A stretch of DNA of 64,000 bases from Eubacteriales bacterium (GTDB lineage: Bacteria; Bacillota; Clostridia; Oscillospirales; UBA644). This document shows, piece after piece, positions 17,905-27,802 of this stretch; position 1 is the first letter of the stretch, and each line of letters starts with the position of its first letter. The notes below the pieces were generated by a model. The model saw only the letters and a list, made by a program, of their open reading frames with translations. It had not been told where the DNA came from and searched no databases. The stretch covers positions 17,783 to 81,782 of the forward strand of contig JAZTWH010000026.1 in assembly GCA_045635765.1 (NCBI GenBank). The letters are read 5' to 3'. Both the position numbers and the translations under genes were made by a program.

Positions 17905-18840
17905 TTATTGGAAAATAAAGGGTAAAAACAGTTCAGACATAATAGGAATGGTGACCACGCAAAGCAGGGTGGAGATCAGCACCGTATTGGCCGCCGGCTT
18001 TTGTCCCTGCCCGATCAGCTCGGAAAGGGATTGCAGGATGCTGGCACAGGGGCAACAGGACAGTAAAAAGATAGAGGCCTTGACGTAATGTGCCACCGGG
18101 AGAAGAAGCATCACCGCTAACGTGAACAAGGGGAATAGAATCATTTTGGCCCCGGAGGCCAACAGGGCTCTCCAATCGGTGGCAAGATCCCGCAATTTCA
18201 CGGTGGCAAGTCGCATCCCAAGAATGATCATGCACATGGGTGTAGACATTCTCCCCAGCAGTTGGATCGCTTCCTCTACCATGGGGGGAAACTCCCATCC
18301 AAACAGGAACATGGGGTAGGCGATAACCATGGAAAGGACCAAAGGGATGGTCAGCAGCTTTTGGGGACGGATAAATTTTTTGTCCCTCGAAATGACGAAC
18401 AACCCCAACGTCCAGGATACGATGTTCATAGTCAGGGAAAAAATCTGAGAAAAGACTGCGGCAAAGGGATACTCCGGTAAAAAGTGCTCCAAAAGGGGAA
18501 CCCCGAAATAGCCCACGTTGCCCAAGGCCGTGGCAACGATGAACACCCGCCACCGTACGTTTTCAAGCTTCCGGTGCAGGATCAGCCGGGCAATGAGAAT
18601 CACGGCCAGCATCAAAAACAACGTGGCGGCAAAACAAAGCCAAATCATGCCGTGAAGCTCGGGAGAATACTCCGCCCGGGAAAAAGAATACAAGGAAAGA
18701 CAGGGGGAGCAAACGTACAAAAGAAGCTTTGCGAAGGCCGGAATAGCTTCTTCCTTTACGGCCTTTGTCTTGATAAACAGAAATCCGGGAATGGCGTACG
18801 CCAGCATGGTCACCACCCGGATCAGCGTAGCGATAAACAT
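17905..18840 (-). CDS. AEC (auxin efflux carrier) family permease
   Basis: About 10 TM segments with typical AEC-like N- and C-terminal halves. ATG 18840 follows AAAGGA; the track TTG at 18873 is less likely. Lies 17 bp upstream of metY. Confidence 0.7.
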   Translation of the reverse strand: MFIATLIRVVTMLAYAIPGFLFIKTKAVKEEAIPAFAKLLLYVCSPCLSLYSFSRAEYSPELHGMIWLCFAATLFLMLAVILIARLILHRKLENVRWRVFIVATALGNVGYFGVPLLEHFLPEYPFAAVFSQIFSLTMNIVSWTLGLFVISRDKKFIRPQKLLTIPLVLSMVIAYPMFLFGWEFPPMVEEAIQLLGRMSTPMCMIILGMRLATVKLRDLATDWRALLASGAKMILFPLFTLAVMLLLPVAHYVKASIFLLSCCPCASILQSLSELIGQGQKPAANTVLISTLLCVVTIPIMSELFLPFIFQ

Positions 18841-18888
18841 GATAACAATCCTTTCGGAATTTTCCGTAGTCAAACTCCAACGTTCCGT

Positions 18889-19067
18889 GGACCCCGCAAC
18901 GAAAACTTCAGAAAATACAGACCATATACATATGCAACGAAAGCTTCAGAAGAAGACTTCCGCGTGCATAAATGCAAGGGATCCTGCAACGAAAACTCCA
19001 GAAAATGCAGGCCGTGTGTTGATGCGGCGAAGGGCTTCGGGAGAGATAATAATCAGAGTTTTCGTTC
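18889..19067. repeat. Three direct copies plus one inverted copy of a ~16-nt motif (GCAACGAAAACTYCAG) in the leader of the AEC-metY-metA operon
   Basis: Direct copies on the + strand at 18896..18911, 18934..18949 and 18986..19001. The inverted copy cagagttttcgttc is at 19054..19067, overlapping the HAD gene stop codon (19066..19068). Confidence 0.75.
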
Positions 19068-19710
19068 ACCGTTTCGATAAAAGATCCAGGGGATGATCTA
19101 AAAATATGTCGGGAGTGTGCTTCAGCAGCTCCGCCTTGTCCCGGAAGCCCCAGCCCACCGCTACGGATCGGATCCCGGCGTTTTTGGCGGTTTGCAGATC
19201 CACCTCCGAATCTCCCACGAAAATCGTGTTTGACGGCTGGGCGTCCAGTGTTTTCATGGCTTCGAAGATGCTGTCCGGATAGGGCTTTCTGCGGATTCCC
19301 TCCCGTTCTCCGATGGCCAGGTCGATCTGGGGGAAAAAATGGGCCGTCAGGGGCTTGACCTGTCCGTCTCCCTTGTTGGAGACCACCGCCATGGGTATTC
19401 CCGATTTTTTCAGTTCGTTCAAAAGCTCCGGGATGCCCTCGTAGGGAGCCGTTTTGATCTGGGCGTGGCCGTGGTACCAGGTAAGATACTCTCCGTGGAT
19501 CCGTGCCAAGGCTTCGTCCCCGACGTCCGCCGGAAGGCTGCACCTGATAAGATGCTTGGAACCGTTTCCTAAAAAACGGCGGATTTCTTCCTTTTTGCGG
19601 GGCGGATAGCCGTGGGCTTTCAGGGTGTGATTCACTGCGTCGGTCAGATCCTCTAAGGTGTTCAGCAGCGTTCCGTCCAAATCAAAGAGGACGGTTTGAA
19701 ATGATCCCAT
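19066..19710 (-). CDS. HAD-superfamily hydrolase (phosphoglycolate phosphatase-like)
   Basis: 214 aa. Motif I LFDLDGTLLNT, motif II VVSNK, motif IV FVGDSEVD. Confidence 0.8.
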   Translation of the reverse strand: MGSFQTVLFDLDGTLLNTLEDLTDAVNHTLKAHGYPPRKKEEIRRFLGNGSKHLIRCSLPADVGDEALARIHGEYLTWYHGHAQIKTAPYEGIPELLNELKKSGIPMAVVSNKGDGQVKPLTAHFFPQIDLAIGEREGIRRKPYPDSIFEAMKTLDAQPSNTIFVGDSEVDLQTAKNAGIRSVAVGWGFRDKAELLKHTPDIFLDHPLDLLSKR

Positions 19711-19746
19711 AAATCAATCGCTCTTCCAAATAAAATATACAGAGTA

Positions 19747-19775
19747 AGTATACCACATTTCCCCCTCTTTGTCAA
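19747..19775 (-). promoter_or_regulatory. Sigma-A-type promoter upstream of the HAD hydrolase gene
   Basis: Minus strand reads TTGACA-17 bp-TATACT, with TG 1 nt upstream of the -10 (extended -10). Confidence 0.6.
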
Positions 19776-19929
19776 GCAAGCAATTTTTCTGTTTTGGATA
19801 TTTTCATATATTTTTTCGTTGCATTTTTGTGCAATTCGCTGAAAAATTACAAAAAAAGAGGAAAGGCAGAAAAATCTGCGTATTAGTAAGATGGAAAGGC
19901 TTAAAATGTCGAAGGAAGGAGAAGACGCA

Positions 19930-21726
19930 ATGGCTCAATTTTTTGGAGAAGAATTTTTGCATGAGTTACGCAGTCGGGTGGATATTGTTTCCGTAGTAGA
20001 GCAATACGTAACCCTGAAGCGGTCGTCCTCTTCTTCGATGGTGGGACTTTGTCCCTTTCACAATGAAAAAACCCCTTCCTTTCACGTGGATGGGCAAAAG
20101 CAGTTGTTTTATTGCTTTGGCTGCGGTGCCGGCGGGGACGTTATCACGTTTTTAATGAAAATGCAAAATATGTCTTACCCCGAGGCCGTTACCTTTTTGG
20201 CCGAATCGGTGGGAATGACCGTCCCGACCCGCGACACCTTTGACAGTGAGATCACACAGCTTCGAAAAACCATTTTGGAGATGAATAAAAAGGCCGCCCG
20301 GTTTTTCCATCAGTGCCTTTTCCGGCCGGAAGGAGAAAAGGCGTTAAAGTATATTTTGGGCCGGGGTCTGACGAAAAATACGCTAATTCGATTTGGGATC
20401 GGGTATTCCCCCTCGGGATGGACGGGTCTTTACGACAAGCTCCGGGGATGGGGATATACGGACGAACAGATCAAAGCCTCGGGACTGGTGGTCAATCCCC
20501 AGAAGAATGATGGAAAGACCCGTATTTTTGACCGTTTCCGGGATCGGGTCATGTTCCCTATCATTGACGCCAACGGCAACGTGATCGGCTTTGGGGGGCG
20601 GTCTATGGATCCCAACGATCCCGCAAAGTACCTGAATTCCCCGGAGGTGATCACCTTCCGGAAGGGAAATAATTTGTACGCCTTAAATTACGCAAAATCC
20701 TCCAAAAAGGATTGCTTGATTCTTTGCGAAGGATATATGGACGTCATCGCCATGCACCAGGCAGGGTTTGACAATGCGGTGGCCGGCCTCGGAACGGCCT
20801 TGACCCCCGAGCAAGGTCGCCTTTTAAAGAAATATACGGACCGGGTGGTTCTTTGCTACGACAACGACGAAGCCGGGCGGAAGGCAACCCAGCGGTCCAT
20901 GCAGGTCTTGTCCTCCCTGGATTTGAACGTCCGGGTGCTGACGCTTCGGGGCGGAAAGGATCCCGATGAGATCATCAAAAAAGAAGGGCGGGCCTTTTTC
21001 CAGTCCCTGGTGGACGGTTCGGAAACGGGGGTAGATTTCCGCCTCAACGAGATCTTTCGCAAATACGATCTTTCCGTGGACAGCCAACGGGTCCAATGCT
21101 CCAACGAGGTGTTTGACCTTTTGGCCTCCATTCGAGGGGATGCTCAGCGGGAAATCTATGCCTCCCGAACGGGAAAGAGGCTGGAGTTAAGCGACGAGAC
21201 GGTTCGCCGGGAATTGAACCGCCGGTTGCGAAATTTGGAACGTCTGCGAAAAAAACAGCAGGAAAAGGAAGAAAGCAATAAGCTGCGGGGCGTGGGAGAT
21301 CGGATCAATCCCCAACGGATGACCCATCTGCGGGCGGCCCGGGCCGAGGAGGATCTCATTTCCGTCTTGCTGGCTTTCCCGGAAAAAGCAGAGAAGGTTT
21401 CTTCCCTGGTTTCCCCGGAGGAATTTGTGACCGACTTCAACCGCCGGGTCTACTTGGCCCTGTTGGACCAGATTCGCAAGAATCCCACGGCTTCCGAGCC
21501 GGGCCTATTGCTGACGCAGTATTTCCAGCCCGATGAAATGGGGCGGATCGTCAGCTTTATTTCCTCTTGCGAAGCCATTAACTCAGATGAAAAAGAGATT
21601 CTGAGGGCGGCGGAGGTTTTAAAGACAGAAAAGAGAAAAATCGATCAGCGGGCCGCCGGAGGGGACGAAGCCTTCGCGGCAAACCTGGAACGCCTTCGCA
21701 ACAGACGAAAAGAAACAAAGGAGTAA
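19930..21726 (+). CDS. dnaG: DNA primase
   Basis: Zinc ribbon [24 protein letters not shown] and Toprim [17 protein letters not shown] 19930 follows AAGGAAGGAGA. Confidence 0.92.
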   Translation: MAQFFGEEFLHELRSRVDIVSVVEQYVTLKRSSSSSMVGLCPFHNEKTPSFHVDGQKQLFYCFGCGAGGDVITFLMKMQNMSYPEAVTFLAESVGMTVPTRDTFDSEITQLRKTILEMNKKAARFFHQCLFRPEGEKALKYILGRGLTKNTLIRFGIGYSPSGWTGLYDKLRGWGYTDEQIKASGLVVNPQKNDGKTRIFDRFRDRVMFPIIDANGNVIGFGGRSMDPNDPAKYLNSPEVITFRKGNNLYALNYAKSSKKDCLILCEGYMDVIAMHQAGFDNAVAGLGTALTPEQGRLLKKYTDRVVLCYDNDEAGRKATQRSMQVLSSLDLNVRVLTLRGGKDPDEIIKKEGRAFFQSLVDGSETGVDFRLNEIFRKYDLSVDSQRVQCSNEVFDLLASIRGDAQREIYASRTGKRLELSDETVRRELNRRLRNLERLRKKQQEKEESNKLRGVGDRINPQRMTHLRAARAEEDLISVLLAFPEKAEKVSSLVSPEEFVTDFNRRVYLALLDQIRKNPTASEPGLLLTQYFQPDEMGRIVSFISSCEAINSDEKEILRAAEVLKTEKRKIDQRAAGGDEAFAANLERLRNRRKETKE

Positions 21727-21733
21727 ATACGTC

Positions 21734-22864
21734 ATGGAAGAATTACAAAACAACGCCGTTCAGAGCGAATCGGAAGCGAAAATCATTCTCCGGGAATTGC
21801 TGGAGCAGGCAAAGGACCGGGGCTCGGCCCTTTCCGAAAACGAGATCCGGGACGCTATGCGGCCCACGGGAATGACCAAGGATCAGATCAATTCCATCAT
21901 TGACGAGCTTCGCATCGGGGGAATTGAGATCGAAGAAGACATTGACCCGGAGGAATTGGGAGAATTGGAGGACGAGGTTCCTCTGCTTCCCATTGACCCG
22001 GAGGACATGGAAGCCATGCTCCAGTCCGAAGGAATTACCATTGACGACCCCGTGAAGGTCTATCTGCACGATATTGGCCGGGTGCCCTTGTTGACGCCCG
22101 AAGAGGAGTCCGAGCTGGCCCAGAGAATTTCTCAAGGGGATTTGGAGGCAAAGCAGCGGCTCAACGAAGCCAATCTCCGCCTTGTCGTCAGTATTGCCAA
22201 GCGTTACGTCGGCCGGAATTTGCTCTTCTTGGATCTGATCCAGGAAGGGAATCTCGGCTTGATCAAAGCCGTGGACAAGTTCGACTCCACCAAAGGATAT
22301 AAGTTCTCTACTTATGCCACCTGGTGGATTCGTCAGGCCATCACCCGGGCCATTGCCGATCAGGCCCGGACCATCCGTATCCCCGTTCATATGGTAGAAA
22401 CCATCAACCGTTTGGCCAAGGTGGAAAAAACCTTGACCCAGGAATTGGGCCGTCAGCCCCAGGTGGAGGAGATCGCCGCCGAAATGGGAATGCCTCTGGA
22501 ACGGGTTCGGGAGATCATGAAGGTCGCCCAGGATCCCGTCTCCCTGGAATCGCCCGTCGGGGAAGAGGAAGATTCCCATCTGGGAGACTTTATTGCCGAC
22601 GACGACGTTCCTTCTCCCTCGGACGTGGCTGCACAGACCATGCTGAAGGGAGAATTGAACGAGGTCCTCAAAACCCTGTCGGACCGGGAAGCCCGGGTGT
22701 TGCGGCTCCGATTCGGCCTTGACGACGGACGGACCCGTACCTTGGAAGAAGTCGGGAAGGAATTCAACGTTACCCGCGAACGGATTCGCCAGATTGAAGC
22801 CAAGGCCCTCCGCAAGCTCCGCCATCCCAGCCGCATCAAACTGTTGAAAGATTATATGGATTAA
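21734..22864 (+). CDS. rpoD: Primary RNA polymerase sigma factor (sigma-70/SigA)
   Basis: 376 aa. Region 2 [22 protein letters not shown] and region 4 [30 protein letters not shown]. Classic dnaG-rpoD pair. Confidence 0.95.
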   Translation: MEELQNNAVQSESEAKIILRELLEQAKDRGSALSENEIRDAMRPTGMTKDQINSIIDELRIGGIEIEEDIDPEELGELEDEVPLLPIDPEDMEAMLQSEGITIDDPVKVYLHDIGRVPLLTPEEESELAQRISQGDLEAKQRLNEANLRLVVSIAKRYVGRNLLFLDLIQEGNLGLIKAVDKFDSTKGYKFSTYATWWIRQAITRAIADQARTIRIPVHMVETINRLAKVEKTLTQELGRQPQVEEIAAEMGMPLERVREIMKVAQDPVSLESPVGEEEDSHLGDFIADDDVPSPSDVAAQTMLKGELNEVLKTLSDREARVLRLRFGLDDGRTRTLEEVGKEFNVTRERIRQIEAKALRKLRHPSRIKLLKDYMD

Positions 22865-22874
22865 GAGGTTATTT

Positions 22875-23681
22875 ATGGCACATAAAGTATTTTACGATTT
22901 GGAACGAATCCGCGCCAAAAAAGGGTTCATCTGCGATATGGACGGCGTGATCTATCACGGCAATATGCTGCTCCCCGGGGTGAAGGAATTTGTGGAGTGG
23001 CTGGCCAACGAGAACAAACGTTTTTTGTTTTTGACCAACTCCAGCGAACGGTCTCCCCGGGAATTGTCCCAAAAGCTTTCCCGCCTGGGCCTGACCGTCT
23101 CTGAGGACCATTTTTATACGTCCGCCATGGCTACCGCCGCCTTCCTGAAATCCCAAAAGCCGGAAAACGGTTCCGCCTACGTGATCGGGGAGCCGGGGCT
23201 GATCAACGCCCTGTACGATGCGGGATTTTCCATGAACGACATTAACCCCGACTACGTGGTTGTGGGAGAAACCTCTTCCTATAACTGGGAAAAAATTGAA
23301 AAGGCTACCCTCTTGGTCAACAACGGGGCCAAGCTCATCGGGGCGAATCCCGACGTTTCCGCCCCCTCGGAACGGGGCATTATTCCCGCCACCGGCTCCA
23401 TGGTTGCACCCATCGCCCAGGCTTCCGGAAAACGGGCCTATTTCGTGGGGAAACCCAACCCGTTGATGATGCGTCACGCCATCCGCCTTCTACAGGTGGA
23501 CGTGGAGGATGCCATGATCGTGGGAGACCGAATGGACACCGACATCATCGCCGGAATCGAAAGTGAAATCGACACCACCCTCGTCCTCAGCGGTGTTTCC
23601 ACCCTGGAAACCATCAAAGAATTCCCCTACCGCCCCACCTACGTTATGAACGGCGTGTGCGATTTTATTAACAAAGATTAA
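22875..23681 (+). CDS. HAD-IIA family phosphatase (NagD-like)
   Basis: 268 aa. FICDMDGVIYHG, LTNSS, GKP and VGDRMDTDI motifs. Confidence 0.8.
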   Translation: MAHKVFYDLERIRAKKGFICDMDGVIYHGNMLLPGVKEFVEWLANENKRFLFLTNSSERSPRELSQKLSRLGLTVSEDHFYTSAMATAAFLKSQKPENGSAYVIGEPGLINALYDAGFSMNDINPDYVVVGETSSYNWEKIEKATLLVNNGAKLIGANPDVSAPSERGIIPATGSMVAPIAQASGKRAYFVGKPNPLMMRHAIRLLQVDVEDAMIVGDRMDTDIIAGIESEIDTTLVLSGVSTLETIKEFPYRPTYVMNGVCDFINKD

Positions 23682-23684
23682 TGT

Positions 23685-23717
23685 AAAAAATCTCCGTCAT
23701 GAGACGGAGATTTTTTT
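23685..23717. terminator. Bidirectional intrinsic terminator after the HAD-IIA gene
   Basis: aaaaaa tctccgtc atga gacggaga ttttttt. Confidence 0.85.
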
Positions 23718-23993
23718 GCATTAAAGCGGTTTTTCTTCAAGAAGAGTTCGCTTGGCACAAAAAGAGGTCCTTCAGAGCCTATTATTGTTCGTACTCTGGA
23801 ATGATGTTAAAGACATTGAACATTACTCGAAAGATTCTAAAGGACGAAGCAGGGGAGAGGACACAACTCTTCTCTGCTTTATATTACAGCAAATTTTGGA
23901 AAAAATGTCAAGGCTTACTTTCTGAAAAATAAATAAGAAAAGTATCGTGCGGTGAGATGCTGGAGGATGGGGGGCGTAGCCCGGGCTTCGTTG

Positions 23994-25268
23994 TTATTTT
24001 ATTTTTCCGATGCACCGTAATTCCTTTCGGTAACCCAGTAGGCCCGTCAGGTTGAGAATCATCATTCCACCGTTAATGATTTCGGCACTCTCCCACAGCT
24101 TTCCCTCGGGGGCGAGAATGGCAAGAAGAGGAGACAGAGCAAAAATGATGCGAAAAACGGGGGCACTTTTCTTTCCGCAAAGCCAAACGAAGCAGGTCTC
24201 TCCGTAGCAACTCCAGCTCAATACGGACAAAAAGGCAAACAGAATCAGGCAGAGGGCCATCAATCCCTTTCCCCAAGGGCCGAGGGTGACGTTGGCTGAC
24301 TGCAAAATGCCGCCGGAATCTCCGGAAACTCCGGTGGTCAAAATCATCAGTGCCGATACCGTGGAAATGACGATGGTATCCGCAAAGACCTCAAACATCC
24401 CCCACAGTCCTTGCTTTTCCGGGTCCGCACCGCAGGCTCCGTGGGCCAATCCGGCACTTCCCAATCCCGCTTCGTGGGAGAACAGACCATTTCCTACGCC
24501 GTAACGGAAGGCAAGAACCATTCCGGAACCAAAGAACCCTCCGGCGGCGGAGGACAGGGAGAAGGCCTCCCGAAAAATGCTTTGAAATGCAGGTAAGATT
24601 CGGTCATACTGCAGGCAAATTATTAAAATCCCCGAAAAAAGAAAAATTCCTCCCAAAACAGGCACGGCCTTTTCCATGGCATTGGCGATTCGCTTAATGC
24701 CTCCCGTCAAAAAAATTCCGGCTCCCGCCGTAAACAGGATTCCCACCGCCCAGGGAGAGCTTGCAAAGGCTTGGTTTGCCGCATTTGCGGCGGCGTTGGT
24801 CTGAATCATGCTCCCCATGGCAAGGGAAGAGAAGAGACCAAAAAGGGAAAAGAGTGCCGCAAATCCTTTGCTTTCCGTGGCTTTTTTCAGATATTCCATG
24901 GGAGCAAAGCCGTACTGGACCTCCTGCTCCGGCTGATGCTTCATGGCCAGCCACACCTCAAAGTATTTGACGGTCATACACAACAATGCGGAGACCCACA
25001 TCCAAAAAACCGCCCCCGGGCCCCCCATGGCAATGGCCAGGGACACCCCCGTCAGATTCCCTACGCCGATGGTTCCTGCCAGGGAGGTGGCAAAGGCTCG
25101 AAAGGGAGAGACCGCCCGGCCCGTTTGTTGGGGTTCTCGCAGCTGCCGCAGCATGGCGGGAAAGGCTCGGATGGGAAGAAACCGGGTCTTGACGGTGGCG
25201 TAGAGTCCGTAGCTCATTAATGCCCCGGCCGTTACGGTGCCGAATGCGGCCGCAAGATACGTTAACAT
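23994..25268 (-). CDS. Alanine/glycine:cation symporter (AGCS) family transporter
   Basis: 424 aa, polytopic. N-terminal region SPFRAFATSLAGTIGVGNLTGVSLAIAMGGPGAVFWMW is typical of AGCS. Confidence 0.85.
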   Translation of the reverse strand: MLTYLAAAFGTVTAGALMSYGLYATVKTRFLPIRAFPAMLRQLREPQQTGRAVSPFRAFATSLAGTIGVGNLTGVSLAIAMGGPGAVFWMWVSALLCMTVKYFEVWLAMKHQPEQEVQYGFAPMEYLKKATESKGFAALFSLFGLFSSLAMGSMIQTNAAANAANQAFASSPWAVGILFTAGAGIFLTGGIKRIANAMEKAVPVLGGIFLFSGILIICLQYDRILPAFQSIFREAFSLSSAAGGFFGSGMVLAFRYGVGNGLFSHEAGLGSAGLAHGACGADPEKQGLWGMFEVFADTIVISTVSALMILTTGVSGDSGGILQSANVTLGPWGKGLMALCLILFAFLSVLSWSCYGETCFVWLCGKKSAPVFRIIFALSPLLAILAPEGKLWESAEIINGGMMILNLTGLLGYRKELRCIGKIK

Positions 25269-25365
25269 GATTTTATCACCCTGTCCATTCTATGAGGGAC
25301 AGGAAAATTTTATGTGTTGACTTGGGGACCGCAGATATGGTATGATAAATACAGAGGTGAGAAAC

Positions 25366-25617
25366 ATGATGAAATTTGTTGATAAGATTTTTGGTTCTCC
25401 CCATTTTCTTGGGGAGTTGCTATTTGCCGGAAAATATGCGGCGTTACTACAGTTCTTTGTGGCCCTTTTCTTTTGCGGACTTTCCCGTTTCGGGGGACCC
25501 TTGGGAAGCCTGGAGTGTGCACAAGTCCTTTCGGAGGCCGGTCTGGTTACGTTGACTTTGACCCTGGCGACGGAAATTATCGGTGGTTTTTTATGCCGCA
25601 TGGGAACAGAGCTTTGA
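25366..25617 (+). CDS. Possible small hydrophobic protein (83 aa), unsupported by homology
   Basis: ATG ATG follows GAGGTGAG. The ORF sits in an otherwise unassigned 485-bp gap and has no recognisable family. It may instead be non-coding leader of the AGCS gene on the opposite strand. Confidence 0.3.
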   Translation: MMKFVDKIFGSPHFLGELLFAGKYAALLQFFVALFFCGLSRFGGPLGSLECAQVLSEAGLVTLTLTLATEIIGGFLCRMGTEL

Positions 25618-25704
25618 TGCTATTCTCAAAACCATTTTGGTATATGTTAAAAAACAGAAAACATTAAAAAATACGTAAAACGATAAAATTTAAAACCAAA
25701 ACGG

Positions 25705-25744
25705 TATAAAAATAACCCCGTAAGAAAAAATGCCTTACGGGGTT
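25705..25744 (-). terminator. Intrinsic terminator after proA
   Basis: aaccccgtaag ... cttacggggtt forms an 11-bp stem. A T-rich tract follows on the minus strand and also on the plus strand. Confidence 0.75.
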
Positions 25745-25754
25745 GCTTTTTATC

Positions 25755-27011
25755 TCATCGGGTCTGCCCAGTTCCGTGAATAACGTATTTGTAGCAGGTC
25801 ATTTCCTCCAGTCCCATGGGACCTCTGGCATGGAGCTTTTGGGTGGAGATTCCCATCTCGCATCCTAAGCCAAACTCTCCGCCGTCGGTGAACCGGGTGG
25901 ACGCATTGACGTAAACCGCGGCACTGTCCACGTCCCGGGTAAAGGCGTCGGCGTTTTCTCGGGTGTTGGTAAGGATGGCTTCGCTGTGCCCCGTGGAGTG
26001 GGCTGCAATATGAGCAATGGCGGCGGCAGTGTCATCGACTACTGCGACGGCTAAAATATAATCGAGAAATTCCGTATCAAAATCTTCATCTTTTGCGGGA
26101 GTTCCGTCAATAATTTGGGCGGCCTTTGGACAGAGCCGCAATTCCACCGGCGGTTTTCCGGCGGCAATTTGTCCGTCGGTCAGCCGTGCCTTCAGCCGGG
26201 GGAGGAATTCCGTGGCAATTTTTTTGTGTACCAGCAATACCTCTTCCGCATTGCAGACCGAAGGACGGGAGGTCTTTGCGTTTTCGATAATATTCAGTGC
26301 CTGTTCCAGGTCCGCGGAGGCATCCACGTAAACGTGGCAGATGCCCGTCCCGGTCTGAATACAGGGAACCAACGCATTTTCCACGCACGCCCGGATCAAG
26401 CCTGCTCCGCCCCGGGGGATGAGCAGATCCACGTAACCCACGGCTTGCATCAATTCCTTGGCGCTTTGCCGGGTGGTATCCTGAACCAATTGAATCAGAT
26501 CCGGATCGGTTCCGGCTCTTCGCAACCCTTCCCGAAGAGCGTTGGTCACGGCGTTTGAGGTGCGGAAGGCTTCCTTCCCGCCCCGCAATACGCAGGCGTT
26601 TCCCGATTTCAGGGTGAGGGCGGCCGCATCGGAGGTAACGTTGGGCCGGCTTTCGTAAATAATAGCCACTACGCCCAAGGGGGCAGAAACCTTTTCAATG
26701 ACCAGTCCGTTGGGTCGTACCTCTGTAGTCAAGGTCCGCCCCACGGGATCGGGAAGGTCTGCCACCTGACGAATCCCCTCCGCCATGGCGACAATGCGGT
26801 CTTTGGTCAGCTTGAGACGGTCGATCATTACCTCGGATACCGTACCTCGGGCGGCGGTTACGTCTTCATCGTTGGCGGCAAGAATGGCGTCCGTCTCTTC
26901 CAACAGACACGCCGCCATTGCGTATAGATATTGGTTCTTTTCCGATGCTTCGGCAGATCGGAGCCGAGGAGCCGCGGCTTTGGCCCGAAGGAGAATTTTC
27001 TGTGTGGTCAT
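25755..27011 (-). CDS. proA: Glutamate-5-semialdehyde dehydrogenase
   Basis: 418 aa aldehyde-dehydrogenase-type ProA. Overlaps the proB stop by 4 nt. Confidence 0.92.
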   Translation of the reverse strand: MTTQKILLRAKAAAPRLRSAEASEKNQYLYAMAACLLEETDAILAANDEDVTAARGTVSEVMIDRLKLTKDRIVAMAEGIRQVADLPDPVGRTLTTEVRPNGLVIEKVSAPLGVVAIIYESRPNVTSDAAALTLKSGNACVLRGGKEAFRTSNAVTNALREGLRRAGTDPDLIQLVQDTTRQSAKELMQAVGYVDLLIPRGGAGLIRACVENALVPCIQTGTGICHVYVDASADLEQALNIIENAKTSRPSVCNAEEVLLVHKKIATEFLPRLKARLTDGQIAAGKPPVELRLCPKAAQIIDGTPAKDEDFDTEFLDYILAVAVVDDTAAAIAHIAAHSTGHSEAILTNTRENADAFTRDVDSAAVYVNASTRFTDGGEFGLGCEMGISTQKLHARGPMGLEEMTCYKYVIHGTGQTR

Positions 27012-27784
27012 GCTTTTTTTCCTTTCCCCAAAAAACGGGTCCCCACGGGTTTTCCGTCAAAAAGATCGTAAAGAATTTGAGGATCGCTTCCGTTCAGGAT
27101 TACCGTATCAGTTCCCTGTTTCGTGGTGATCTGGGCCGCGTGAAGCTTCGTGGCCATGCCTCCCGTTCCCAACTCCGAACCCTTTCCGCCGGCCAGGGCA
27201 ATGATTTCCGGCGTAATTTCCGCTACCACCGGAATGAGGCGGGCGTCGGAATTTTTATGGGGGTCCGCGGTGCAAAGGCCGTCAATGTCTGACAAAATGA
27301 CCAACACGTCGGCCTTGCAGGAAACTGCGGCAATGGCCCCTAAGGTATCGTTATCTCCGATGACGATCTCTTGGGTGGCAATGGTATCGTTTTCATTGAT
27401 AATAGGAATGGCGTCCAATTCCAACAGGCGGGACAGCGTATTTTCAAAATTCTGTTTCCGGTCCTCGTGATTCAGGTCGTCTCCCGTCAGAAGAATCTGG
27501 GCCACCGTATGGCGGTATTCGGAGAACAGCTTATCATATGTATACATCAATTCGCACTGACCCACGGCGGCGGCGGCCTGCTTTGTGGGAATGTCGGAAG
27601 GCCGGGTCTTTAGGGACAGTTTTCCGACGCCCATGCCAATGGCCCCGGAGGAGACCAAAATGATCTCGTTTCCGGCGTTTTTCAAATCGCTTATGACCTT
27701 GCACAGCGTTTCAATGCGGCGAATGTTGAGATGTCCCCCTGCATGGGCCAGGGTAGAGGTTCCGACTTTTATTACAATTCTCAT
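27008..27784 (-). CDS. proB: Glutamate 5-kinase (short form, no PUA domain)
   Basis: 258 aa. [11 protein letters not shown]-terminus and amino-acid-kinase fold motifs ([15 protein letters not shown]). Confidence 0.9.
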   Translation of the reverse strand: MRIVIKVGTSTLAHAGGHLNIRRIETLCKVISDLKNAGNEIILVSSGAIGMGVGKLSLKTRPSDIPTKQAAAAVGQCELMYTYDKLFSEYRHTVAQILLTGDDLNHEDRKQNFENTLSRLLELDAIPIINENDTIATQEIVIGDNDTLGAIAAVSCKADVLVILSDIDGLCTADPHKNSDARLIPVVAEITPEIIALAGGKGSELGTGGMATKLHAAQITTKQGTDTVILNGSDPQILYDLFDGKPVGTRFLGKGKKA

Positions 27785-27802
27785 AGTTATGCTCCAGCTT
27801 TT

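Noticed and set aside
18889-19030. DGR-like signature: repeat copies 1 and 3 differ mainly by A (copy 1) versus G (copy 3) substitutions
   Set aside because: The segments are only ~40 nt, non-coding, not purely adenine-specific (C/T and T/G differences also occur), and no reverse transcriptase is in the window. This is most likely ordinary transition drift.
18874-19065. Expected SAM-I (S-box) riboswitch or Met T-box ahead of metY/metA
   Set aside because: By eye I found no GAGGGA / GCCC-GGCAACC core and no T-box AGGGUGGNACCGCG sequence on the minus strand. The region is reported instead as an unexplained repeat-containing leader. An Infernal scan is needed to be sure.
23699-23932. 77-aa plus-strand ORF after the HAD-IIA gene
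   Set aside because: Its start codon lies inside the terminator hairpin. It has no RBS, AT-rich atypical composition and no motifs.
25269-25520. Glycine riboswitch upstream of the AGCS transporter
   Set aside because: There are scattered resemblances (CUCCAGGC, CCGAAAGGAC). However, the conserved order GGAGAG ... ACCGAAGGGGCAA ... CUCAGGCAAAAGGAC is not present.
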